A stretch of 64,000 bases of DNA from positions 64,001-128,000 of the IMG/VR virus record IMGVR_UViG_3300017774_005745; one strand, written 5' to 3'. This document shows positions 10,301-18,073 of this stretch, piece by piece. The notes beneath the pieces are model-generated. The model saw nothing but the letters and a program-made list of their open reading frames with translations. It was not told where the DNA came from and made no database searches. The translations under genes were made by a program, and so were the position numbers. The stretch is from a virus. The first letter of the stretch is position 1; each line of letters opens with the position of its first letter.

Positions 10301-10658
10301 CGAGGTCGTCGTACGTGCTCTCACGAATCTAACGAAGGTAAAGGACCCAGGGTCGAGCGACTTCATGCAGGGCGATATCGTTCCGACTTCTGTCGTTGAG
10401 GAGTTGAATAGAGGCCTGTCGAAGGATAAGAAGCACATCACACACGGGCCTATACTGAAGAGCATCTCTCAGATTCCGCTCACAGGAACGACCGACTGGA
10501 TGAGTCGCTTGAACTACAGAGAACTTCACAGCACTCTGCAACAGGCGGCGGCACAAGGATGGAAGTCAGATATCCACGGCAAGAATCCAATCCCAGGCGC
10601 TGCCTTCGGTGCTGAATTCGGGAAGCCTTCTGCAGGTAAGCCTAAGGGTCACTACTAA
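4395..10658 (+). CDS. rpoBC: DNA-directed RNA polymerase, single-chain beta-beta' fusion (phage-encoded)
   Basis: Beta motifs GYNYED, GDKLSGRHGNKG, NPTGVPTRINVGQ, KLKHQV; beta' motifs catalytic NADFDGD (8631-8651), bridge helix HGARKG, trigger loop EPAVQMAMDAFHTGG, and Zn site DC...RSPLKC...ICAKC. GTG start. Confidence 0.97.
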   Translation: MDNLTPEGSFDVLKNNITTTISSFFPYEGKTRRLQIDKIWVDDKLNTEDIQSQAQAKDMDRTWGVPVKADISLVDKLTGKVIDKKSMTVARLPKLTNRYGFIVDGNEYQVDHLFRLKSGVYSRIQDNGDLESEFNLVRGPAGNRFSIKLEREKKRFFIKKGDAHIPLYPILKAMGVSDDQMEKDWGKEIFLANKPKTEDKTLKSLQSFFKKTSFDDVVEPTDVAGYGKYVHDFFEKTVLRPDTTKITLGREASKVDGQVLQIAANKILGVSRGTHQPDDRDSLAFKEIVSVEDFLPEKIERAAKTIKSKLRNTIDLKDKLSVSEVVSADLFARPIREFFTKGGSLTERPDQTNPISMMSGHRKTTLMASDLGGIKRDHSLTDEMRVVNPSHFGFLDPMHTPESERTGITLHLGMAARKNGKELETPVFDIKKNSIQYMTAPAFHEVSAVLPDQVRWVKGKPVPVAPTVKVKLPGGSIELRPFSEASFVLPSSKGMFDMASNLIPFLASNQGNRVSMADKQMEQAISLKFRESPLVQSKTDHAQAGMTFEKVLGGFSSHRASVSGTIKSIKDDHIVINDGKKNHQVHLYNHFPLNDPKGMMHSEAVVAVGDKVTQGQVIADTNFTKKGVLALGSNLRVGYIPYKGYNYEDGIVISETASQKLSSEHLHKKSVEFDPENDVVSKQKFLSFAATRANQLTKEQINLLDDDGIVRVGSKVSPGQVLIAAVGKNLASRQSGALAALGKRAFQPYKDKSLVWDEDHQGEVVKVIKDPSGKSAKVYVKTVEPLVIGDKLSGRHGNKGIVTMILPDHEMPFTKDEKGEKRPLEVLLNPTGVPTRINVGQVLETAAGKIAEKTGKTYIVNNFEGPISDNTQKVIQELKQHGLSDEENVYDPMHPSKVLGSVLVGPQHLLKLKHQVEKKLTVRGGGTDLNGRPLTYDVDKSPTKGGERGGQGVGALDFYSLLAHNARHNIREMATYKSDMQDSTFWNMIQEGYEPPPPKAPFSYQKFVGLLNGLGVNVDKKGSVLQLTPLTDAKVMEMAGGARGELSKPHLLLRAKDLREEKGGLFDPIATGGLSGNKWSFIKLIEPIPNPIFVGSNHRPGPVPSLLGLKMKEFESVMTGETKLNGKTGGHAVLDALKKVDVPGEMKSLREKLPTLTGADLDRANKKLKYLMALSETGLSPDVAYMMKVVPVLPPAFRPATVTHKGDLQTSSLNGLYKNIAILNNKLTEVDPRTYSETHRAPLRSQLYESVKALQSIGGSVGYDMDTPASSKRALKGILDIIGGGEGEQPKDAFFQSRLIKRRQNLSIRSTIVPEPKLGIDEVGLPRGAAMELYKPFVVAELFKTGFRPLDAQLEMKKGSKVAFDALERVVKDRPLLLKRDPSLHKFSVMAFTPKLIEGKAIQIHPLVTGGYNADFDGDTMAGTVPLTREAVDEAKKMFPSKNLFSPTTGAVMYSPTQDSMLGLHLISRWGTKTSKTFASPIELNKAFDKGEVTPTDVVKVGGKETTLGRLLLESRMPRDFHLNKDILHNPLWVIDKKSLTSQIITPLAKNHTRDFAHVVDQLKDLGNEWAYKMGFSFGLKDLATIPQRGKILGDANKLAIDIKKNVKDKGEQDKQLIEVYQKATEQLEHAARMPSGQNRLADMVISGARGKPEQLRQMIAAPMLVQDSHNNTIPTPILRNYAEGLDIGDYWLAQHGARKGTLQRVLGTSEPGVVSKDIINSTIATIIASPDCKTTHGMLMEVGHKDINDRYLSKSYKLKDGHEIKAGTLITPEVLNHFKNSKIDKVLVRSPLKCQHGEGICAKCFGLNESGKLHEVGINIGVLAGQALSEPAVQMAMDAFHTGGVASGRGAMSVDRLTRLRNALNLPAKLKNSATLSRVTGKITNIKKDAVGGVDLFIGDEKHFVPKDLVNHDIKVGDEVKKGQQVSHGFTNPHHLLPLTDMHTVQNHLTNEMYGGLYEKEGVRKRNVEVVVRALTNLTKVKDPGSSDFMQGDIVPTSVVEELNRGLSKDKKHITHGPILKSISQIPLTGTTDWMSRLNYRELHSTLQQAAAQGWKSDIHGKNPIPGAAFGAEFGKPSAGKPKGHY

Positions 10659-11749
10659 TGGCTGTTACAAATCAAGGAACAATCCCGGCGTTCATCGAGT
10701 CGGGTAGAGTACTCGATGTCGATATCAGTTCGTTCACTCTCTCTGTTACGACTCAGTTCTCGAAGAAGCCCCAGACCGGAATTACCTGGTCCTCTCCATA
10801 TCTTCACTTTGTGAATGGAGAAGGAATCCACTTCATGCCGGAGGTTGGGAGTCTTTGTTGGATTTGTTTCCCCTCTGATGGAAACCGGCCCTTTGTACTT
10901 GGATGGGCTCCTGCTGCAGACGAAGGAAACTTCAGAGCACGCAGGCCAGACATGAATCCTGGTGACCTCTACCTCGGCACACGAGACGAGAACTTCCTGA
11001 TTCTCCGTCGTGGTGGGGTAGTTCAAATCGGGGGAGGCCCGCTTTCTCAACGGCTCTTTCTCCCCGTCACAAATACAATCAAGGATTTCTGTGAGAACTA
11101 CTCTCTCCAGACTCTTGGAGGAGAGCTCAGTTGGACTGTTCAGAGGTCTGAAAACGATACCGACGGCAACAGACCCACTGTCTTGAAGGTCCAGGCAAGA
11201 GAGTTCGCTTCGGACGAGAAACCCCTTGCAGAGCTTCAAGTCGGTTCCCACGGAAGCGGCCAGAATACTATCTTGAGTCTGACAATCAAAGAATCTGGAT
11301 CTCAAGGAGCTGCGAGGAAGATTTCCCTTACACTCGGTAAAGATGGGAATGTGACCTGGGAAGTTGCTAAAGACGTCGTCTGGACAGTTCAGGGCAAGTT
11401 TACCATCGACGCCCAGCAGGATGTGACTGTAAAGAGCGCGGCTAAGGTCACCGTCAGTGGTGGGAGTACGGTTGAAGTACAAGGCCAGAGTGGTGTAACA
11501 ATTGAATCTGCTGTTGGAATCATCAACGTTAAAGCATCTACGATTAAAATGGGCTCTATGGTCTTGGTCGGAAATGCACCCCAACCGGTGGCACTTGCTC
11601 CTGCCTTGATAGGTTGGCTAGCAGCTCACATCCATTCTATCGTCCCAAACCCTGCCCTCGCTCTTCCAGGACCGCCTCAACCGACGACCCCTCCATTGGT
11701 GCCACCACCTGCACCTGCAATGACTTCGACCACTCTTCTGGCAACCTGA
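10658..11749 (+). CDS. Baseplate central spike (gpV/gp5/VgrG-like)
   Basis: N-terminal OB-fold signature (MPEVGSLCWICFPSDGNRPFVLG), beta-strand repeat region, and C-terminal HxH (AHIHS) metal-binding tip. Confidence 0.75.
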   Translation: MAVTNQGTIPAFIESGRVLDVDISSFTLSVTTQFSKKPQTGITWSSPYLHFVNGEGIHFMPEVGSLCWICFPSDGNRPFVLGWAPAADEGNFRARRPDMNPGDLYLGTRDENFLILRRGGVVQIGGGPLSQRLFLPVTNTIKDFCENYSLQTLGGELSWTVQRSENDTDGNRPTVLKVQAREFASDEKPLAELQVGSHGSGQNTILSLTIKESGSQGAARKISLTLGKDGNVTWEVAKDVVWTVQGKFTIDAQQDVTVKSAAKVTVSGGSTVEVQGQSGVTIESAVGIINVKASTIKMGSMVLVGNAPQPVALAPALIGWLAAHIHSIVPNPALALPGPPQPTTPPLVPPPAPAMTSTTLLAT

Positions 11750-11762
11750 TTCAAGGAGACCT

Positions 11763-14591
11763 ATGCGCCCGCTTTTCATTGATGAGACCTCTGAAGACTC
11801 GAAGACAAAGGAAGCGGGATTCACTCACCGTCTTTCTGAGACTCCTGATAACTGGGGTCAAGAGATTGGTAGCGAGCTTCATCGTCAGCTTCCGTTCTTG
11901 TCAGACTACGAGGTGAACGTCACCCTCGACAAGGTCGACCAAGGCCGGGGCTTTGCGTTTGGATACGCAGACATCTCGAATAGAACTGAGCGCCCAGAGG
12001 TTGAGCACGAGGAAGCGGGCATTCCCCACATCCGTGTTCCGCTCATTGCAGAAGAGCGTCAGGTTCGTCCGTTCTCCGTCTTTCTAGACGGTGAGAGAGT
12101 TCTTCCTCTCGGTGAAGAGAGAATTCGTGAGACTCTGTTCAACCCAGGAATGTTCGACCTCTCCACATCCGTGCCGAGAGACCCAAGTCTTGTCGAGCCT
12201 CTGATGCCTCCGCAGCGTTCTGGTATTGGTATGGGCGGCGAATACAAGATGGCCATGGCGTATCCAGAGCCCGCTTCTATTGCCACGAATCTCGATTACC
12301 GAGATGAGTGGCTCCGGAAGTTCGTTGGGACTGCTCTCTTCCAGAAGGCTATGGAGCTCCAGAAGCAGTTCCTGTCTCTTGACCAGGAAGACCTCTCACA
12401 GCGAGAGATGGAGCAGACGATTGAAGAGTCCTCTGGCCGTGCCTCACAGAGAATGGCCAAGAATCTCCAACGAGACGCTCTCCACTTGGAGAAGAGGAAC
12501 CTGGATGTAGAACTTCTCGCCGCTCAGGCAGGGGTTCCAACGTCTGAGGCTCCTTCTCCTCACGAGCAAGGACTCGATGCTTCGGCTCCAGAAGGTGCGA
12601 TGGAAGAGGCACCAGAGGAAGCTGCTCCTGCTCCCAAGGCTCCAAAGGAGAAGAAGGCCGGTATTCCGAAAGGCATGCAGGAACTTGCCAAGGGAAAGAA
12701 GTTCTTTCAGATGGATCCATACGTCCAGCGGAGAGTTGCTGCCAATAGTATGGGGAATGCGGCCAGGAAGCAGAAGAACCACGGCCACAAGATGCTCGAC
12801 ATCAAGGATGGACAGGTTCAGAAGAAGCGCGCAAAGGAGCTTCTTGAGAAGAATGCCTTCAAGCACATCTCGAAGGAGCAGTGGGAAGCCATCTACAAGA
12901 GCGACAAGATTCAGAAGATGATTCAGAAACACATGACCCACGACCACCCTGAGGTTATCAACGAGGTCTATTCGCTCGCAGCTAACCAATACGGATATCA
13001 CCCAAAGGTATACCCACCTTCTCCAGGTCAGCAGGCTCAGAAGGCACAGGCAGCTAACATGGGTGGGGCACCGAAGCCTGCGGCTGCCGCTCCAGCGGCC
13101 AAGCCAGCTACGAAGACGGCATCACTTCTTGAGGCAATTGCTCCGACGCTTCGTGAGACAGACAGAGACGCATTCGTTGAGAAGGTTGCAAACGACGCCA
13201 CCCTCCGTGCGGGCTTCCGTCGTTCTGGAATTGCCTCGGTTCTTGTCAACGTGATGGATACGAAGCTCGCATCCGCAAGGGACCGTATGTCTGCCCTTGC
13301 AGACGCAATCGAACCCTCCGTGGTTACCTTCCAGAAGCTCCCAGGTGGGGACTTCCTCGTCAAGTCAGCAAACGTTCAAGCGTTTGCTGGTGGCGAGCAG
13401 GCTCAGGGTCAAGTGGTTCCGTTCCAAGAAGTCGCCGAAGCAATCGGAACTGAGCCAGCGAGAGCGATGCAGCCAGGACAGATTGCAACTGCTGTGTCTG
13501 ACCCTGTTAAGGGCGACTCAGCAGACGAGTCTGAGTTCGACTCCATCTCTGAGTTTGGCCGCTACAAGGTCCAGGGAACCGACGGCAAGGAGCGGGAAGG
13601 CTGGGTATTCCCTCAAACGTTTGCTTGGGATGAGAACCTTACTCCACAGAAGACGGGTCTCTTCATCTCAGACAACGCGCACGCCATCCAGCAAGACTTC
13701 GCGGGCGCACGGGTTGCTGCAGAAGACATCAACCTTCCTACGGATATCCCCAAGGGTCTTGGAATCTTTCACTCGAAGAACGGAGACTCTGCCTCTGCTC
13801 CCATCGAAGTGAAGTTCGGTATGACTGGGTCTGACGGAGTTCCGAAGTACGTTGGTATTGATTCATTCGGAAACGAAGTCAAAGTCTCGGTTGTTCCTGG
13901 CCTCAAGACTCCTCAGAAGATTAGCGAAGGAGAGTATGCCCTCCCTCACGGTTGGGGATTCACTCGCCTTCCTTCGAAGGTCTCTCTTTCCGAGAAGTCG
14001 GATAGCATCGGCACTCAGTCGAAGTTGAAGAAAGAGAAGACATCTGCAGTTCTCTTCTACAACGGCGCATTCAACATCGTTGGTGGGTGTGGCCTCGATA
14101 AGGTGTCGGCTGACCTCCGCCACAGCATTGATGCGGTCGGTGCCGAGTTCATGCTGGGACTTCTCGGAGTTGATGGCGTTTCTGCCAAGCAGAAGGTTGC
14201 GGAAGCCCGTAAGATCGGGTCAGTGACCTTGACGGGACTCAAGACCATCGTTCCTCTCGCAGAGCGTTTCCAGGAGTCTATCAAAACTGCCTCGGCACTT
14301 CTGTCGAAGATTCCAAATCTCAAGAGAGACCTCATCAAGGAGGCCTCGATGATGGAGGACCAGGGAACCGTAGATAAGGTTCTTGCCCTGAACTTCGTCA
14401 ATCCTGAGAACCTCACCACGTTCATCGAGTATCTCCCTGAGCTTGAGAGATGCAGCGAGAACATGGCGGAGATGGTTCTTGCGGGCTACATGGGCATGAG
14501 AGAGATTCCTGTAGGTGCTGTAGAGCGTTCCATGAAGAACATGGAAGAGGTTGTCCAGAGCCTCAAAGCACTTCAGTATACTCAGGAGTAA
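11763..14591 (+). CDS. Large putative internal head protein (942 aa), modular, with about 11 K-x-A/S motifs
   Basis: Motifs KEAG, KMAM, KKAG, KNAF, KTAS (x2), KLAS, KSAN, KTSA, KVSA, KEAS separate compositionally distinct blocks. Function is inferred. Confidence 0.5.
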   Translation: MRPLFIDETSEDSKTKEAGFTHRLSETPDNWGQEIGSELHRQLPFLSDYEVNVTLDKVDQGRGFAFGYADISNRTERPEVEHEEAGIPHIRVPLIAEERQVRPFSVFLDGERVLPLGEERIRETLFNPGMFDLSTSVPRDPSLVEPLMPPQRSGIGMGGEYKMAMAYPEPASIATNLDYRDEWLRKFVGTALFQKAMELQKQFLSLDQEDLSQREMEQTIEESSGRASQRMAKNLQRDALHLEKRNLDVELLAAQAGVPTSEAPSPHEQGLDASAPEGAMEEAPEEAAPAPKAPKEKKAGIPKGMQELAKGKKFFQMDPYVQRRVAANSMGNAARKQKNHGHKMLDIKDGQVQKKRAKELLEKNAFKHISKEQWEAIYKSDKIQKMIQKHMTHDHPEVINEVYSLAANQYGYHPKVYPPSPGQQAQKAQAANMGGAPKPAAAAPAAKPATKTASLLEAIAPTLRETDRDAFVEKVANDATLRAGFRRSGIASVLVNVMDTKLASARDRMSALADAIEPSVVTFQKLPGGDFLVKSANVQAFAGGEQAQGQVVPFQEVAEAIGTEPARAMQPGQIATAVSDPVKGDSADESEFDSISEFGRYKVQGTDGKEREGWVFPQTFAWDENLTPQKTGLFISDNAHAIQQDFAGARVAAEDINLPTDIPKGLGIFHSKNGDSASAPIEVKFGMTGSDGVPKYVGIDSFGNEVKVSVVPGLKTPQKISEGEYALPHGWGFTRLPSKVSLSEKSDSIGTQSKLKKEKTSAVLFYNGAFNIVGGCGLDKVSADLRHSIDAVGAEFMLGLLGVDGVSAKQKVAEARKIGSVTLTGLKTIVPLAERFQESIKTASALLSKIPNLKRDLIKEASMMEDQGTVDKVLALNFVNPENLTTFIEYLPELERCSENMAEMVLAGYMGMREIPVGAVERSMKNMEEVVQSLKALQYTQE

Positions 14592-14594
14592 CGA

Positions 14595-15443
14595 ATGAAA
14601 CACCCAGCTCATCACTTCATCAAGTACTTGATGGTGAAGGACCCCAAGACTGCCAACGCTGAGATTCTAAAGCGCTTGGAGGACTTTGGATTTCTATCTC
14701 CAGATGCGCCTTACCTGGAATTCATCAGACAAGAGCTCAAGGAAACTCCAGTAGGGTTCGACCCAGCAAATCGAATCCACCGTCCTTCGATGAGCTACCT
14801 TCGTCGTCATGGTATCTACGAGCTCTTCCATCCGTCTGACGCGATTCGAGAAGCATGGAAGATCCTCACCGACCCTTCTATTCGACTGAACGTTGAGCAG
14901 GCCTTGATGGCACGGTTGGATAGAAAAGCCATCGCTCTGAAGCTGAACAAGAAGAACGGCTGGCATCTCTCTGAGTCTGGGATGAAGGCGTTCCACGATA
15001 CCTTCTGGAACGTCGAGCTCCTCACTTGGGATGAGTGGGGCCGGTTCCTCTACGGCAGGTCAGGGATGTACGAGCGATACATGGCCATGCTCCAGGCGTC
15101 TCCTGAGCTCGCCATGTTCCATCTCCAGCTTCAACAGAACGTTGAGTCAAAGAACATGATTCAGCGCACGCAAGAGATTGCGTACTTCACCCTTGAGGAA
15201 GTCAATAGGAAGCCGGGCACAGGGCCAGACAAGGTGAAGGCCATCGGTGTACTTGGAAAGACCATCGTTGACTGTCACGATGCTCTCTCGACCTCTGATA
15301 TGGCGCTCAAGGACATCCTCAAGAACTTTGAGAGATTCCGCATGGACCATCCTCAGATTCCTCCTCCGGACATCAAGCAGCTCGCTCCAGGTGGGAGCTA
15401 CACTGGCAGTGGTGTTGAAGAGAAAGAAGTAAAAACCCACTGA
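14595..15443 (+). CDS. Hypothetical protein (282 aa), possible HTH DNA-binding or small-terminase-like
   Basis: Helical protein with an HTH-like segment (RKAIALKLNKKNGWHLSESGMKAF). Function is unconfirmed. Confidence 0.3.
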   Translation: MKHPAHHFIKYLMVKDPKTANAEILKRLEDFGFLSPDAPYLEFIRQELKETPVGFDPANRIHRPSMSYLRRHGIYELFHPSDAIREAWKILTDPSIRLNVEQALMARLDRKAIALKLNKKNGWHLSESGMKAFHDTFWNVELLTWDEWGRFLYGRSGMYERYMAMLQASPELAMFHLQLQQNVESKNMIQRTQEIAYFTLEEVNRKPGTGPDKVKAIGVLGKTIVDCHDALSTSDMALKDILKNFERFRMDHPQIPPPDIKQLAPGGSYTGSGVEEKEVKTH

Positions 15444-15449
15444 GGTTGT

Positions 15450-16121
15450 ATGCCCTTCAAGTCCAAAGCTCAACAGCGATTTATGTTCGCAACCCACCCA
15501 CGCATGGCAAAGCGTTGGGCACACGAGACCAAAAACATGAAAAAGCTCCCAGAGAAGGTGAAGCAAGCGGGAATCCCAAAAGGGCTTAGAGCTATTGCGG
15601 AATCTGCTTTTGATACTGCCGGAGACCTCTCAAAGGCACAGCAGTACGCTGCTAGCAGAAATGCCGCGAACATCCACGGCAGAGGTCTAGGAATGGCCGC
15701 CCGCGATGGGTCTTTGATGAGTAAGTCGTATAATAAGAGACTTGCTAAGTCTGAAATTGAGCTTGCAAAGAAGCAGGTCGATTCTTCCTATCCAACTACA
15801 AGAGCAAGCAGACAACTCCAACACGGTATTGAAAATAGAAGAATGAGTAGAGACCTCCTATCTAAAAAGGCGGAGGCTGATAAAATCAAGGGCGGCCTCG
15901 CGGACCACCTGAAGTCCTCGGACTTCCCAAAGAAGAAACTGAAGGCAGGTCAGACGGTGGAGAAGGAACACACCAAGGACCCTGCAATCGCCAAAGAGAT
16001 TGCAAAGGACCATCTTACCGAAGATGGGAACTACTACGAGAAGTTGAAGAAGATGGAGAAGTCTGCCTTTGAGAAGATGTCTGCCAAACTGAAGAAGAAG
16101 ACGTCTGGGAAGTACTGCTAG
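15450..16121 (+). CDS. Three-module protein: PFKSKAQ module + AT-rich middle module + DUF5661-like C-terminal domain
   Basis: C-terminal VEKEHT...AKEIAKDHLTED.NYYEKLKKME matches my recollection of DUF5661. Modules are joined by KQAG and KKAE. Confidence 0.55.
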   Translation: MPFKSKAQQRFMFATHPRMAKRWAHETKNMKKLPEKVKQAGIPKGLRAIAESAFDTAGDLSKAQQYAASRNAANIHGRGLGMAARDGSLMSKSYNKRLAKSEIELAKKQVDSSYPTTRASRQLQHGIENRRMSRDLLSKKAEADKIKGGLADHLKSSDFPKKKLKAGQTVEKEHTKDPAIAKEIAKDHLTEDGNYYEKLKKMEKSAFEKMSAKLKKKTSGKYC

Positions 16122-16130
16122 GAGTTCAAA

Positions 16131-16592
16131 ATGAACATGTGGTCTGAGCGTAGTTCGGATGGGAAAGTGCAATCAGCTCAGTCGTCTGAGCGAGATGCAG
16201 CAAAGCAGGTCCTCGCGCCTTTCGCAGAGAAAGAGGCAGACCAAGGCGTAAAGCCATTCGACCCAATTAACTTCCAAGAAGTACTCAGCCCGGAGAACTA
16301 CGAGGCTGAATTCGCCATGAAAGAGGATGACATCATCTTTCATATCTGGCCTTGGAAGCTGCACGAAGCAGATAAGAATGGAAGGGTGCGTCCTCGATTC
16401 AAGAAGGACTTCGTTCAGCACCTGAACTTCGCGTTCGGGAAGGTCTTCTTCAGTCGATGGACCTTCGAGTTCGATGAGGACATGGGCTCTTACTTCGTCA
16501 AAGCTACGGGCTTTGGTGCTTCTCAGTTCGCACGGGAGCTCGCTCTGGAGGCAATGGAAGTCCTTCACAAGGAGATGTCTCGAAAGGAGTGA
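16131..16592 (+). CDS. Hypothetical protein (153 aa)
   Basis: GGAG RBS, operon position, coherent codon usage. Confidence 0.7.
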   Translation: MNMWSERSSDGKVQSAQSSERDAAKQVLAPFAEKEADQGVKPFDPINFQEVLSPENYEAEFAMKEDDIIFHIWPWKLHEADKNGRVRPRFKKDFVQHLNFAFGKVFFSRWTFEFDEDMGSYFVKATGFGASQFARELALEAMEVLHKEMSRKE

Positions 16593-16595
16593 CCT

Positions 16596-16835
16596 GTGTC
16601 AGAAAAGCCAAGCTACCGCTCGGAAGTTCACACTCTTGAGGAAGTCATCAAGCTCCGTAATCCAGAGCTGGACGATGGTGAGATTACAGACTTCCTGAAC
16701 ATCATTCGTGCTCGTATTGAGCACGTTCGCCAGGTTATTGAAGAACACGAAGGAACTGCTTCTACTTCTGGGCCAGATTGGGAGAAGTTCAAGTGGGTAT
16801 ACGAGCGAGACCGTTTGAAGGAGTTGGGACTCTGA
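16596..16835 (+). CDS. Hypothetical protein (79 aa)
   Basis: GTG start after AAGGAG; ends just before a terminator. Confidence 0.65.
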   Translation: MSEKPSYRSEVHTLEEVIKLRNPELDDGEITDFLNIIRARIEHVRQVIEEHEGTASTSGPDWEKFKWVYERDRLKELGL

Positions 16836-16837
16836 GG

Positions 16838-16869
16838 GCTAAAAAGAGGACCCTGGTCGAGGGTCCTCT
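16838..16869. terminator. Intrinsic bidirectional terminator
   Basis: 10-bp stem AGAGGACCCT/AGGGTCCTCT (16845-16854/16860-16869); the - strand continues TTTTAGC. Confidence 0.8.
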
Positions 16870-16871
16870 CC

Positions 16872-17198
16872 TTAATCTACCAACTCGATGCTGTCGTGTA
16901 GCTCTGTAAAATCCTCACGAAGCGCAATAACGGATCCGCCGAGACTATCGAGTCGTTTCTTGAGCTCCCCAAACTGACTTCTTAGATTGTAGAGCTGGAA
17001 CACGACCGAACGTGGGACTTGCTCAAGACAGCCCTGACACACGACACAAGGCTTCTTTGCAGCGGACCACTCCTGCAGCTTGAAGCAGACAATCACATCG
17101 CAGACGACGCAAGGTGCAGATGCGTCATTTGTTGAGGAACTTTCTACAGTAGATGGTTCTGTGGAGGTACTCATTTGCGTTGGACCCAGGAACCACAA
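16872..17198 (-). CDS. Zn-finger plus coiled-coil hypothetical protein (start uncertain)
   Basis: CVVC...CVVCQGC then a heptad-like helix; 5' end overlaps rnhB. Confidence 0.5.
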   Translation of the reverse strand: MWFLGPTQMSTSTEPSTVESSSTNDASAPCVVCDVIVCFKLQEWSAAKKPCVVCQGCLEQVPRSVVFQLYNLRSQFGELKKRLDSLGGSVIALREDFTELHDSIELVD

Positions 17199-17730
17199 GT
17201 CCGTACTTCTTTATGGCGTCTTCGTGGTCCCTTGACCCATACCCTTTGTTGGAGTCCCATTTGTACATAGGGAATTTTTTGGATAACTGGAGCATGAGTC
17301 TATCTCTCCAGACTTTTGCTATGATGGAAGCTGCAGACACTACCTTGTGATTGAGGTCTGCTTTCGGTTCCACCAACTGCTTACCAGACCAACTCTCAAC
17401 CTCATTGTTGCCGTCTACGATGAGGAGATCTGGTTTTACTTTGAGCTCTTCCATGGCTCGTTGGTACGTCAACTGAAGAGCCTTTCGAACCCCCATCGAA
17501 TCAATCTCAACTGGGAATGCGTGTCCGATTCCGATGTCACATGCGGCTGCGCATATGGGCTCGTAGAGAGACTCAAGCGTTGTGTGGCTGAGTTTCTTTG
17601 AATCCGTCACTCCAGGGGGTAAGAACGTGAGATCTTTCGGTCGAAAAACAGCTACGACCGCTATAAACGGTCCAGCCAATGCTCCATACCCGACTTCGTC
17701 GAGTCCAGCTTGAACTTCGTCTTTTTTCAT
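17125..17730 (-). CDS. rnhB: Ribonuclease HII
   Basis: AGLDEVGYGALAGP, DSKKL, DGN, KAD...VSAASIIAKV.RD, NKGYG motifs. ATG at 17730. Confidence 0.93.
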   Translation of the reverse strand: MKKDEVQAGLDEVGYGALAGPFIAVVAVFRPKDLTFLPPGVTDSKKLSHTTLESLYEPICAAACDIGIGHAFPVEIDSMGVRKALQLTYQRAMEELKVKPDLLIVDGNNEVESWSGKQLVEPKADLNHKVVSAASIIAKVWRDRLMLQLSKKFPMYKWDSNKGYGSRDHEDAIKKYGLVVPGSNANEYLHRTIYCRKFLNK

Positions 17731-17745
17731 GAAAGATTCTCTTTC

Positions 17746-17779
17746 AATATTCTTATCCCAACGGATGCTCGTTTCTTGG
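17746..17779 (-). promoter_or_regulatory. Phage promoter-like motif upstream of rnhB
   Basis: CAA-N19-ATAAG-AATATT-GAAA, about 20 nt before the ATG. Confidence 0.7.
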
Positions 17780-18064
17780 AAGTCCCAGTCTTCTTGTAGT
17801 AGCAATAGAAGTTGTTAGAGTGTTGCCTTCCCGTTCGAGTTTCCCTTGCGGCATTGCTCCATTTTTGGCCGCATACTGTTGGTAGAGGTTCCAAACAAGC
17901 AGCATCCGCTTTCCAGAGATTTGCTCACCAAACTGAAAGCGGACAGTGAACACCAGAGGATTAATCGTTGGTGTACAAGTGATGTTGACCGAAGTATCTA
18001 GAGCCCCCATAAGTGAGTTGGCGAACCCTGGAAGCCAGGCAAGGGGTGGGGGTAGTTCTCTCAT
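17753..18064 (-). CDS. Hypothetical protein (about 103 aa, start uncertain)
   Basis: Fills the gap between rnhB and terminase; no clear RBS. Confidence 0.45.
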   Translation of the reverse strand: MRELPPPLAWLPGFANSLMGALDTSVNITCTPTINPLVFTVRFQFGEQISGKRMLLVWNLYQQYAAKNGAMPQGKLEREGNTLTTSIATTRRLGLPRNEHPLG

Positions 18065-18073
18065 GGAGACGCA

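Noticed and set aside
4395-10658. Host chromosomal rpoBC locus
   Set aside because: No rplK/rplA/rplJ/rplL or rpsL neighbours; flanked by portal and spike genes; sequence is reduced and divergent.
10655-11584. 309-aa - strand ORF and the many other antisense or alternate-frame ORFs in the track (e.g. 5529-6068, 12444-13001, 38658-39581, 55421-56242)
   Set aside because: They lie fully opposite or within well-supported genes, lack RBS and motifs, and are expected shadows of biased codon usage.
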